NCBI GenBank assembly: GCA_963716565.1
Contig: OY970318.1
Location: 320,830 to 384,829 of the forward strand
Source: an uncultured Candidatus Saccharibacteria bacterium
GTDB lineage: Bacteria; Patescibacteriota; Saccharimonadia; Saccharimonadales; CAIOMD01
Reading direction: 5' to 3'
Length of the DNA stretch: 64,000 nt
The notes beneath the pieces were generated by a model that ran no database searches, was not told the origin of the DNA, and saw only the letters and a list, made by a program, of their open reading frames with translations. Shown piece after piece: positions 38,989-49,535 of the stretch (position 1 is the first letter of the stretch; each line of letters opens with the position of its first letter). The position numbers and the translations under genes are program-made.

Positions 38989-39322
38989 TTTATCCTATTA
39001 TTGAGCCCTACTAGGGACATTGTTGTTCGCCACTATCTGTACAGACGATCTACCCATCGATGCAGCTACTGGGTCTGGGCATCGGCTTTGTCCTGATGGC
39101 TCTACGTCAAACAAACAACAATTAAGCCAAGAGATGTTTGAGCCCTATTTTTGTCCTCTAGAAATTTATGGAAATAGGGCGAGTTCTCGCCGGCTGTTGC
39201 TGGGTTTGACAAGTAAGCCAATCAAGAGAAAACGCAGCCCAGCGATTTTGTTACTTTTGTTGCCAAAAGTAAAAAGAAAATCCAAAAGCGTCAGCTTTTG
39301 ATATATAAAATAAATTCCTTAT

Positions 39323-39619
39323 ACAAAAAGAGCCCACAGAGGGGGTGGGCACCGCTGTAGGCTCATTTCAGCCTTCAACTCCGGGATATATTCCCACGCT
39401 TACATGTTCCACCTCAGTATATATCGAGGAGTCGAGCTTAAGAGTTAAAGGCGTTAGTATGTTTTAGAGCGCCTGTTTGTCTGGCCATCAAAAGCGACTG
39501 AGCTGGCGCAAAGTACGTGGAGGGTAACAACGTAAAATCGCACGCTCTAAAACAATCTAACAAGTGTTAGAATTTATAGTGTAAAGTACTTAAAAACACC
39601 CTTATTAAGTGCTTACAAG
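39323..39619 (-). ncRNA. candidate non-coding transcript of unknown class (about 295 nt)
   Basis: Bounded by a consensus promoter (39654-39626) and an intrinsic terminator (39364-39325). There is no ORF of 60 aa or more on either strand. It contains a 12-bp long-range helix, GUUUUAGAGCGU (39553-39542) paired with GCGCUCUAAAAC (39472-39461), plus several local hairpins. Confidence 0.4.
39325..39364 (-). terminator. intrinsic terminator
   Basis: Minus strand reads GAGCCUACAG-(15 nt)-CUGUGGGCUC followed by UUUUUGU. The stem has one GU pair on the minus strand but a C-A mismatch on the plus strand. Confidence 0.55.
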
Positions 39620-39625
39620 CGACAC

Positions 39626-39654
39626 ATATTAGCAGATCTTAGCTTGTATGTCAA
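39626..39654 (-). promoter_or_regulatory. sigma70-type promoter TTGACA-N17-TAATAT
   Basis: On the minus strand, TTGACA is at 39654-39649 and TAATAT at 39631-39626, with an exact 17-nt spacer. Confidence 0.5.
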
Positions 39655-39674
39655 TAGTATTTTATAATATATAA

Positions 39675-40545
39675 TGCTTATGCTTCATTAACACCCTAAT
39701 AACCCCCTATTTCCAGAAAGAATTATTAAACATCCATCAGCCCCCAAGGGAGCTATTTATAGAGGGCAATTGGGCAAAATTACTGATCAACACCAAAGGT
39801 AGCCGTTATTGGTAGTCGCAAGGTATCTAACTATGGTCGGGTAGTAACCGAACGCCTAGTTCAAACCTTAGTTACTTACGGCATAACAGTAGTTAGCGGG
39901 TTAGCTTTTGGCATTGATTCTATCGCCCATCAAGCGGCCTAGACACTGGCGGCCAAACCATTGCTGTTTTACCAAACGGTTTAGATAGAATTTATCCGGC
40001 TTCGCATACTCAGTTAGCCAAACAGATTGTTAAGCAGGGTGGGGCATTAATTAGCGAATATCCACCCCGTGTCGCAGTCATTTAAAGCTAACTTTATTGC
40101 TCGTAATCGCCTAGTTGCCGGTTTATGCCAAGCAGTTATTAATAACCGAAGCCGGCGAACGTAGTGGCAGCTTACATACCGCCAATTTTGCGCTAGAACA
40201 CGGTAAAGAGGTTTTGGTAGTACCTGGGCCAATTACTAGCCCAACATCAGTTGGTTGCAACAATCTTATTAAAAGCGGTGCAACTATGATTGCCAGCCCG
40301 TCCGATTTGCTAAATGCTCTTAGGACATAAAGTCATCTGACTTAGGCAGTATCTGATATTGTCGCCGCCAACGAGGATGAATACCAAATATTAAAGCTTA
40401 TTAAAGAAGGTGTAAAAGACGGTGAGAGCTTCAACAACAATCTGGCTTATCAGCCATCAAGATTATCTTAGAAGTAATGAGCTTTTTAGAAATTAGTGGT
40501 AAAATTAAAGCCCTAGGTGGCAACCAGTGGGATATTAATAGTAAC
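39675..40545 (+). pseudogene. dprA: DNA processing protein DprA, multiple frameshifts
   Basis: Frame-hopping translation gives HQPPRELFIEGN, VAVIGSRKVSNYG, VVSGLAFGIDSIAHQAA, DTGGQTIAVLPNGLDRIYP and GERSGSLHTANFALEHGKEVLVVPG. At least 4 frame changes are needed. The 3' end is approximate. Confidence 0.75.
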
Positions 40546-40607
40546 TATAATATGCCAATAAATGATATAGTTACTCTTACGTTGTATAATAATGCAAGCT
40601 TATAACC

Positions 40608-42944
40608 ATGACCAGTAAAAAACAACTTAGTTATTGTCGAATCACCAGCCAAAGCCAAAACAATTGGCGGTTTTTTGGGTAAAGATTATATTGTTAAAAG
40701 TAGTTTTGGGCATATTCGAGATTTGCCTAAAAAGGGCTTAAATATTGATATCGAAAATAATTTTAAGCCAAACTACGAAATATCGGCCGATAAGAAAAAG
40801 AGTTGTAAGCGAGCTAAAAAAGATGCTGCTAACTAGCGACATTGTTTGGCTAGCAACTGACGAAGACCGCGAAGGTGAAGCTATTGCTTGGCATTTAAGC
40901 GAAGCTTTAAAACTAAAACCAGCCAACACTAAGCGTATTGTATTCCACGAAATTACCAAAACGGCTATAAAGCAGGCTATTAAACAATCCTCGCGCAAAT
41001 TGATATTGACTTAGTAAATGCCCAGCAGGCTAGACGAGTATTAGACCGTTTAGTGGGTTACGAATTATCGCCAATTTTATGGAAAAAAATTCAGCCTAAA
41101 TTGAGTGCTGGCCGAGTACAATCGGTTGCTGTTCGTTTAATTGTAGAGCGCGAACGCGAAATTAAAGCTTTCGCAATCTAAGAGCAGCTTTAAGGTAACT
41201 GCCTTAATGAAATTTGACAAAGAAGAGTTTAACGCCGAGCTAGATACTGCTTTTAAAGACGAAAAATCGGCCCAAATATTTTTAGAAAATTGTAAAAAAG
41301 CCCATTATCAAGTTAAGATATTACTGCCAAAACCAGGCTCCAAGAAACCCATCGCCGCCATTTACAACTTCTTCATTGCAACAAGAAGCCGCCCGTAAAC
41401 TCGGTTTTAGCGTTAAGCAAACTATGACTTTAGCCCAAAAACTATACGAAAACGGCCATATTACCTATATGCGAACCGATAGTTTAAATCTGTCAAGTTA
41501 GCTCTACAAGCGGCTGCTAAATACATAACCAACTAATTATGGCGCATAAATATCATAAAGAACGTCATTACCAAACCAAAGACAGCTAGGCGCTCAAGAG
41601 GCTCACGAAGCCATCCGACCAACTAATTTATACAATCTTAAGCTGGCGATGATAGCGGCCAGCAAAAGCTTTATAAACTTATATGGCGTCGCACTCTAGC
41701 TAGCCAGATGGCCGCCGCTCAAACCATTAAAACAATCAGTCATCAATAGATATTAGTGGCCAAAAAAATCAGTTTATCGCCAACGGCGAAGTTTTACAGT
41801 TTGATGGTTTTCTTAAAGTTTACGGTGGTGGTAAAGAAGATGCCATTTTGCCAAAATTGACTATTGGGAATAACTCGGAAGCTGTTAGAAATAAGTGCCA
41901 ATCAAACCTTTAGCCGCCCACCAGCCCGATATTCCGAAGCCTCGTTTAGTAAAAAAATTAGAAGAATTAGGTATTGGTCGCCCAAGCACCTACGCACCAA
42001 CTATTAATACTATTCAAAGCCGTGGTTATGTAGAAAAAGGTCGATCTAGAAGGCTCCGAAAGACCGGCTATCAATTCTAACCTTAAAGAATGATCAAATT
42101 ACCAGAGAAGAACTAAACGAGAACATATGGCGCCGACAAGAAAAAGCTATTGCCAACTCATTTGGCCGACATTACCACCGACTTTTTAAATAAAGTACTT
42201 TTCGACAAGATTATCGAAAACGGTTTTACGGCCGAAGTCGAAAAACAGTTAGACCAAATAGCCGAAGGCCAAATTGTTTGGCAAGATATAATTAAAAATT
42301 TTTATAAGCATTTTCACCCCTTAATTGGCAAGGCCAACAAAGCTAGCCGCCAAGAAACTTCACAGGCTAGATTGCTAGGTATTAGATCCTAATAGATGTC
42401 AACCAATTTATGCCCGTTTTGGCCGCTACGGACCAATGCTACAAAAAGGCGAAGCTATTAAAGATAGCAAAGATAAACCAATTTTTGCACCCATGCCAGC
42501 CAAGATTGCACCATAGAGAATGTTAGCTTAGACGAAGCCTTAAAGATGTTCGACTACCACCGCGATAGTAGGCAAGACGACCGACGGACAGGTAATTACT
42601 GCTAATATTGGCCGTTTTGGACCATACATCCAAATTGATAAAGAGTTTGTATCTATTAAACCACTTGATCCATTTACTATCACCGAAGAAGAAGCTAGGG
42701 AAATGTATCAAAGAAAACTCGAGTCTATTGCCGAAAGACTACATTAAACAGTTCGAAGGCAGTAAAATTCAGATACTAAAAGGACCTTATGGACCATATG
42801 TAACCGACGGGCAAAAAAAATGCGCGCATACCAAAAACATCAGATCCTGCCAAAATCACTCTTTCAGAGGCCGAAGAATTGCTAGCCAAACAGCAAACCT
42901 CGCGTAAAAAACGCTTTACTCGAAAACGCCAGTTAACTTCTTAA
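40608..42944 (+). pseudogene. topA: DNA topoisomerase I, many frameshifts
   Basis: TATAAT box at about 40585. Fragments readable across frames include [62 protein letters not shown] and QEAHEAIRPT. By my reading, 10 or more frame changes are needed. Confidence 0.85.
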
Positions 42945-43048
42945 TAAGATACTTGCCAAAACGCTTATGCTATTATTTGATAGCTTTTCAAACTTTATTT
43001 ATGCATGTGTGTCTATTTTGTGCTACAATAATCAATGAAAACATATTG

Positions 43049-43077
43049 TTGACTTACAATTTGTTTTGTTGTATTAT
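43049..43077 (+). promoter_or_regulatory. sigma70-type promoter TTGACT-N17-TATTAT
   Basis: TTGACT at 43049-43054 and TATTAT at 43072-43077. A GAAGGAG RBS and ATG (43127) lie downstream. Confidence 0.5.
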
Positions 43078-43126
43078 ATTAGCAATCTAGTTTATAAACT
43101 ACAGATACACTGCAGAAGGAGAATAG

Positions 43127-44194
43127 ATGATGGCTGAACAGCGCTAAAGCAACTAACACAACTTCGCTGTCGACTTAGATAGCACCCTTAAAAGGGTGTT
43201 TTAAATGCTATTGAACGCGAAAGAGAACGCGAAATTATTTCGCGTCGTTTTGGTTTGTACGACCGAAAAGAAACTCTTAGAACAAATTGGCGAATTGTTA
43301 AGCATTACCCGCGAACGCGTACGCCAGTTAGAAAAAGCTACTATTTTGCGTCTTAAAAGCTGCCAGCTAACAATGGCCAGTTAAGCGAAATGAAAGACTT
43401 TTGAAAAACAAGTTATTGGTATTTTATCCAAAGAATAATAACATTTAATGCGATTACCGAATTGGCCGCCATAATGACCAAGCAGGGCAATCAAGATCGA
43501 CCAATCCAGAATCTTCTTTTTAAGCGAATTATCACCAAACATTACTGTTATCGAAGAAAGCGATCATTTTTACAACGCCATCGGTGTTAGGTCTATCCAT
43601 GACGAAAAGAAAATACGGAATTAACCAATAAGATTGTTGACACTATTAAAAAAATTGGCCACCCAGCCAACATAGATACGAAGTCGCTAAAGAGGCTGGA
43701 TGAACAAAGACGCACAGCACAGATTGCCGCTTTAGCTAAAACTTCTAAGCATTAGCTGAATTAAACGGCCAATGGGGACTTAATTAAGTGGCCAATGGTC
43801 AACCCTAAGAATATCCGCGATAAAATATATGTTATTTTGCACGAAAAGGGCAGTCATATGCACTTTAACGAAATTGCCAGCGCTATCCGTAAGTCTGACT
43901 TTAAGCGCAAGGATGTTACTACTCAAGCTATACATAATGAGCTTATTAAAGATACTCGCTTTGTTCTAATTGGTCGAGGCATTTACGCTTTAGAAGAGTG
44001 GGGCTACAAGCAGGGAACTGTGGCCGATGTAATCGCCGAAGTACTTACACGAAGCTAAAGAACCATTACATCGCGATGAAATTGTTAAAATAGTTCTAAA
44101 GACCCGCCATGTTAAAGAAACGACTGTTTTACTCAACTTGCAAGGCAAAAACCGCTTTAAGCGAGTTGCCAAAGCAACTTACACGCTGGCTTAA
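43127..44194 (+). pseudogene. sigma-70 region-4 / HARE-HTH domain protein, several frameshifts
   Basis: Fragments are ISRRFGLYDRKETLEQIGELLSITRERVRQLEKATILRLK (region 4) and IYVILHEKGSHMHFNEIASAI...GRGIYALEEWGY (HARE-HTH-like). The reading is broken repeatedly. Confidence 0.6.
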
Positions 44195-44278
44195 AGTTTA
44201 ACTTCTTAAAGACACTTCTTCTATTATAACCTCTAAAAGAGCTGTATAATATAGCTATTGTTAAAGCATAACCAAAAC

Positions 44279-46809
44279 ATGACAGATAGCCCAACTAACT
44301 CGAATTCCACCCTACTGCTATTAGAAATACCTCGCACTAACGATAAAAAAGAGTTAGCAGCCGAACAGATGTTTGCTGCCTTGCATGGTATTTTAAAACC
44401 GCGCGGCGGCAGCTGGCGCACTGCTTATAATTATCAAGATCATATTAGTTTCGAGATTGCCTCTATTGGCCAACGAATTCGTTTTTATGTTTGGCTACCA
44501 AAACATCTGCAATCTTTTGTCGAGGGCCAAATTTATGCTCAATATCCAACGGCCCAGATTTCGGAAGTAGACGAAGATTATTCTAATCGATCCATGCCAC
44601 AAGCGGTTATCTGTTCGTACCGAACTAACTCTTACCGATAACGAAACAATCCCTATAAAAACCTTCGTTAGCTTCGAAGTTGACCCCTTAGCGGCCATTA
44701 CGGCTACCTTAGCCAAACTAGAACAAGCCAACGAAGAGATGTGGGTACAAGTTATTGTACGACCCATAGGCGATGATTGGCATCAAACGTAGCTCTAAGA
44801 TGATAAGTCGTATTAAACAGGGTAAGAGCAGTTGGTCTAGCCCTGGTGTTGCTTGGCTAGGTTATTTTGGTCAAGTCGCTGGCGCCTTAATTAAACCCCC
44901 CGAAGCTACAGCGCAGCTAGCGCCAGCCCACGAAATTAGTGAACGAGATAAAACTCGCATAACCGCCATAGAAGAAAAGAGTCGAAAGCTTGGCTACCAA
45001 GTTAAAGTACGTATTTTATACGCTGGTAATGACGCAACAACTGCTCGCTTAAGAATGCAAGCCATGGTTGGTACTTTTAAACAGTTTAACACTACTAATT
45101 TAAATGGCTTTCAGTCGTAAATCTTAGTTTTGATGCTTCAAAACTAGCCGATTATACCACCCGCTCATTTTTAGACAAGGGTTTATATCTTAAATATTGA
45201 AGAGCTTAGCTAGCTTATATCACTTACCACATACCAGCGTCGAAACGCCCAATATCGTTTGGGCAACCACTAAAACTTCCGAACCACCAGCTACATTACC
45301 AGCCTATGGTCAAGCATCCCGAAAACGCAATTAGTCTATTTGGTACTACTAATTTTAGGGGTACCAATACCATGTTTGGTATGCTTAGAGCCGATCGCGG
45401 ACGTCATGTTTACATTATTGGCCAAACCGGAACAGGTAAGTCTGGGTCTGTTAGAACTTCTGACTTTATCTGATATTTATTACAACCAAGGCTTTGCCGT
45501 TATTGATCCTCATGGCGATTATGCTACTCACATTTTGCAATATATACCCAGCTACGACGTATTAAAGACGTAATTTACTTTAATCCTGCCGACACCGAGC
45601 ATCCTATTGGTTTTAACCCACTAGAAAAAACCGATTCGGCCAGCAAGGGCCAGATAAGTAGCGAGTTAGTTGGAGTTTTAAAGCGAATGTTTGATAGCTG
45701 GGGGCCACGCTTAGAATATATCTTAAGATTTACCCTTTTAGCGCTAATAGATTACCCAAACTCCACCATGCTAGACATTAACCGAATGCTAACCGAAAAG
45801 AAATTTCGCGACGATGTAATTAAGTATCTTGACGACCCTATTGTAAGTAACTTCTGGACAACCGAATTTGCCAGCTGGAACGAAAAGTTCGCCTCTGAAG
45901 CCGTAGCCCCGGTATTAAATAAAGTAGGCGCCTTTACGGCCAACCCAATTATCCGCAATATAGTTGGCCAACCAAAAAGCACCTTTAATATTCGTAAAAT
46001 TATGGACGAAGGTAAAATTTTAGTCGTTAATTTGTCTAGGGGTTTAATAGGGGAAGACAACGCTGCTATTTTAGGTTCCATGATTGTTACAAAAATTCAG
46101 TTAGCGGCCATGAGCAGGGCAGATATACCCCGCCTAGAAGATCGACGACCATTTTATTTATACGTTGACGAGTTTCAAAACTTCGCCACCGAAAGTTTTG
46201 CCGTTATTTTAAGTGAAGCTCGAAAATACGGCCTTAATTTAACAGTTGCTAATCAGTATATTTCCCAAATGGAAGAACATGTGCGCGGAGCAGTGTTTGG
46301 TAATGTTGGCACTATGGTATCTTTTAGGGTTAGCCCAGATGATAGCCCATTTTTGAGTAAATATTTTGAACCACAGTTTGAAGCTGCCGATTTATCTAAT
46401 TTCCATAATCGCTTATTTGTAGCTAGTATGAGTATTAGTGGCGAAAAGGCTGTAGCTTTTTCGGGCACAACATTAAACATTCCTAAACCCCAAGTCGATT
46501 CTAATGCCGAAATTATCGAACATTCTCGCCAAAATTATCAGCGCCGATAAGTCGCTAGTTGAAGCAGCTATTAAGGCGTCAAATTCGAGCCAATCTAAGG
46601 TTGCCTCCGATATCACGGTAAAAAACAGCTCACCCTTACCGAACAGCCAGCAAAACCGTACATCTAACGACGGGCATCTCCGTAAGATACCAAAAATACC
46701 TTTATCGGCCATTACTGACGACCATGCTGACAATAGCAACAGCGGTTCTAAACTAAGCGAATCCCAAAAACGTCGCCAGCGGCGCAAACGAGCGGCATCT
46801 AAGCAGTAG
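44279..46809 (+). pseudogene. TraD/VirD4-like (type IV coupling protein family) P-loop ATPase, several frameshifts
   Basis: Walker A GQTGTGKS, Walker B-like FYLYVDEFQNF, and SEARKYGLNLTVANQY. The ORF pieces 44258-44641, 44773-45120, 45340-45573, 45687-46550 and 46504-46809 join into one protein only by changing frame. Confidence 0.7.
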
Positions 46810-46824
46810 TCCGCCAAAGCTGAT

Positions 46825-46837
46825 CAAAATACGAACA
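46825..46837 (+). repeat. 13-mer CAAAATACGAACA, copy 1
   Basis: Exact copy, 16 bp after the stop of the T4CP-like gene. Confidence 0.8.
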
Positions 46838-46887
46838 ACATAAAAAGGCATACTGTGGCTTGTGTGGGTTAATTTATATAATCTAAA

Positions 46888-46900
46888 CAAAATACGAACA
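46888..46900 (+). repeat. 13-mer CAAAATACGAACA, copy 2
   Basis: Exact copy. Its 3' end is part of the palindrome GAACA-CGCA-TGTTC. Confidence 0.8.
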
Positions 46901-46918
46901 CGCATGTTCATAAATTAT

Positions 46919-47104
46919 TTAGCCAGTAGCAAACGTGCAAAAACCCAGCATGCTTAGCCCAGCACAGCAGAGCAGTATATAAAACGCTAAACCAAAAAAT
47001 AAAAACAAACCAAAATTAATGATTGCCACATATAAAAAGCAAAAGTAGGGGCCATAGCTTTGCATAGATACCATGTCGCACAATATACCTTTTACGACTC
47101 TCAT
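46919..47104 (-). CDS. possible small hydrophobic peptide (61 aa)
   Basis: ORF with two hydrophobic helices, followed on the minus strand by GAACAUGCGUGUUC plus a U-rich tail. No Shine-Dalgarno is visible, so it may be spurious. Confidence 0.2.
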   Translation of the reverse strand: MRVVKGILCDMVSMQSYGPYFCFLYVAIINFGLFLFFGLAFYILLCCAGLSMLGFCTFATG

Positions 47105-47418
47105 ATATCTATTTAACTTGAAATGGAGTGCATCCCCACAACGGGGGATATTCTTAAGTTTATCTGTAATTGCTTAACCATCCACTGCTACTCAGGTACC
47201 TACCACAATTTAATATACTTATATGCCTAAGCCCCAGGCCAACCAATACACCCATCAATCTATATAGTTATCCACAGCCATTTGCATTTTACGTCATTGT
47301 AGTATGTGCTTATATATATCTCACCCTTCCCGACCTAAAAATGCTATATTTGCATATTTGTTAAATATGATGTGTGGTATAGTTTTTTTGATTTAGCAAC
47401 AATTAAAAACTATATGTA

Positions 47419-47431
47419 CAAAATACGAACA
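47419..47431 (+). repeat. 13-mer CAAAATACGAACA, copy 3
   Basis: Exact copy in the same orientation, 24 bp beyond the ftsQ stop codon. Confidence 0.8.
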
Positions 47432-47454
47432 TCGGGGCAATGCAGGTGACGGCT

Positions 47455-48366
47455 CTATTGGTAATAAACTTTATCGGCCAAACGAACATCAATATAGCTT
47501 GATGGGACTTGGCCAATTTCGGCTAGCTTTTTTTCGGCTGCCCTTAAGGCTCCAAATTGAGTAATAATCTGCTCGTTGAGCAGGTACCTAACCTTATATC
47601 CCCTGCCCGACTCCGACGCTAACAGTTCGTGCGGCGAAACCGTTAGGGCAAATATTGTAACCGCATTTTCTGCTTTATATTGGTTGTGCAGCTGCATAAA
47701 AGCCATCGCATCATCTGGACTCAAAAACTGCTCACCCTCAACGCCCTCTATGCCAGTATCGTTTTGTAACAGTGGCAGGGTGCTTATATCTAACCCCGGC
47801 GATTGGTCAGTCTTGAGCAATACTTTGCCCCTATCACTAATAATCCGATTAGTTTGCCCATTTTGAGCAAACACTGCCATTGGTGAATAGGTATGAATTT
47901 CCGCGACCGGCGAATGCCCTATTAAAGAACTAGTTATTTCGATTGTCTGAGCTTCGGGTAGCAATTGGTACAAAGACTGTTCCAGCTGATCACTCTTGAG
48001 TGTTAATTTAGAATGATTTTGCCAGCTCTTGCCCAGCTCTTTCTCGATAATGTCTTGATATTGAGCTATGGTGCGGTAGGCAGAACCATCAATTTTAACT
48101 ACAGGTGTTGCTCCTAGGCTAAACAGATAACCCGCCATAATTAAAGCCGCCAAAACAATTGTTAACCAAAACCACCACTTCTTAACAAACGCTAGATGCT
48201 TTGAACTTCGCTTGCTGGTATTGGATATATCTGAACGCCTAAAGTTATCCAGCTGCCGCCGGCTAGCAGTGTAATAAGAAACTACTCTGTGTTGCGGATG
48301 TGAAGCCGGTGAACGTCTAGCAATATTATTCGCAAGTCTTGGTTTACGCTTCTTTATGCCAAACAC
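47455..48366 (-). CDS. ftsQ: cell division protein FtsQ/DivIB-like
   Basis: Position after murG in the dcw cluster; basic N-terminus, one TM helix and a POTRA-like ectodomain. Intact. Confidence 0.7.
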   Translation of the reverse strand: MFGIKKRKPRLANNIARRSPASHPQHRVVSYYTASRRQLDNFRRSDISNTSKRSSKHLAFVKKWWFWLTIVLAALIMAGYLFSLGATPVVKIDGSAYRTIAQYQDIIEKELGKSWQNHSKLTLKSDQLEQSLYQLLPEAQTIEITSSLIGHSPVAEIHTYSPMAVFAQNGQTNRIISDRGKVLLKTDQSPGLDISTLPLLQNDTGIEGVEGEQFLSPDDAMAFMQLHNQYKAENAVTIFALTVSPHELLASESGRGYKVRYLLNEQIITQFGALRAAEKKLAEIGQVPSSYIDVRLADKVYYQ

Positions 48367-48369
48367 TTT

Positions 48370-49535
48370 TTACTTAACTACCCTTTCAATAACGTCAACA
48401 ATTCTTGAAGCAGAGTCAGATACGGCTAATTGATGCAAGTTTTGGCTAATTTTTTGACGATAGTTTATGTCTGCAAACATTAAATCAACCGCCCCGATTA
48501 AGGCTTCCCCACCTTCTTGTAGCTGGCTTTCTGGTATTACAATCCCCGCTTCTATCGATTCTATTAAAGCCGCATTTTTGGTTTGATGGCCACTCGTTAG
48601 AAGCGGATTAGGCACAAAGATAATTGGCTTACTCAAGGCAGCCAGTTCGGCAATAACCGTTGCCCCTGCCCTAGAAATGACTATATCACTAGTAGCCATA
48701 TAGGCCTGAACGTCAGATACAAAACTAAATACGTGCACTCTAGAATCTTTCAATTTTAAACTTTTAAGCTGTTGCTCAATCTTAGAATATTGATGCGCCC
48801 CAGTTATCCAAATTAACTGCCGACGATTGTTGCCGAGAAATTCGTTTAGGCAGCCGTTAATAGCATTATTTAATCGCATAGCCCCCAAGCTGCCGCCAAT
48901 AACTAAAACTAGCTGATCGCTGGGCTTTATGTCTAAGCGAATGCCGAATATCGGCAAGTTTTACATTAGTTTTAGTGAAAAATTCCGGCCTGAATTGGAA
49001 CACCAGTAAAATGAGTCTTTTGTACAGAATAGAAGTTTTTATACACTTCAAGGGGCATGCCGACCGCTATAGCCTTAGCAAAACGAGCCAAGACTCGATT
49101 AGTCAAGCCTGGCACAACATCGGAATCGTGAGTAACGATTTTTATACGTAATATTGCCGCTGCCAACCCCACTGGCAAGCCCACATAACCACCTTTTACA
49201 AAGACAATATTTGGGCGCCAAAAAATCATTATTGCCAGACTCTGAATAAAGCCAACTTTTAAATAAATGATATCTCGAAGATTTTTAGCAAACGTCTTTA
49301 CATCCTTAGCATGCTGCCAAAAACCTATACCATTATAACGCCGCCACTTGCCGGCAAATATTTTATAGCACTGTTCAACATAAGCATTGTCGGCCACCAA
49401 TTGATTCATGGCGTCACCACGCTGGCCAATATATCTGATTATGGCTTGGGGGTGACGCTTTTTAACCTCTTCGGCGATAGCTAGTAGCGGCGTGATGTGT
49501 CCGGCGGTGCCGCCACCGGTAATAAGTAGCTTCAT
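48370..49535 (-). pseudogene. murG: MurG glycosyltransferase, two apparent frameshifts near 48.95-49.02 kb
   Basis: The N-terminal half is MKLLITGGGTAGHITP... (in ORF 48972-49754). The linker RPEFFTKTNVKLADI is in a third frame (ORF 48866-49051). The C-terminal half is LVLVIGGSLGAMRLN... (ORF 48370-48957). Confidence 0.8.

Noticed and set aside
39020-39301. 93-aa ORF in the hairpin-rich spacer
   Set aside because: It has a TTG start without an RBS and a low-complexity basic tail, and it coincides with multiple stem-loops.
39461-39553. GTTTTAGAGC, identical to the first 10 nt of the S. pyogenes-type Cas9 CRISPR repeat
   Set aside because: It occurs only once in each orientation, as the two strands of one long-range helix. 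There is no array of spaced direct repeats and no cas gene in the window.
46896-46909. GAAC-N6-GTTC palindrome as a LexA (Cheo-type) box
   Set aside because: The Gram-positive-type box has GAAC-N4-GTTC spacing, which this lacks. There is no SOS gene adjacent. The palindrome is better explained as a small terminator stem.
47268-47276. Perfect DnaA box TTATCCACA in the AT-rich spacer (a second perfect copy lies at 55785-55793), suggesting a possible oriC
   Set aside because: There is only one perfect box per locus, with a few weak variants. No dnaA/dnaN is nearby. The flanking genes converge rather than diverge, which argues against an origin.
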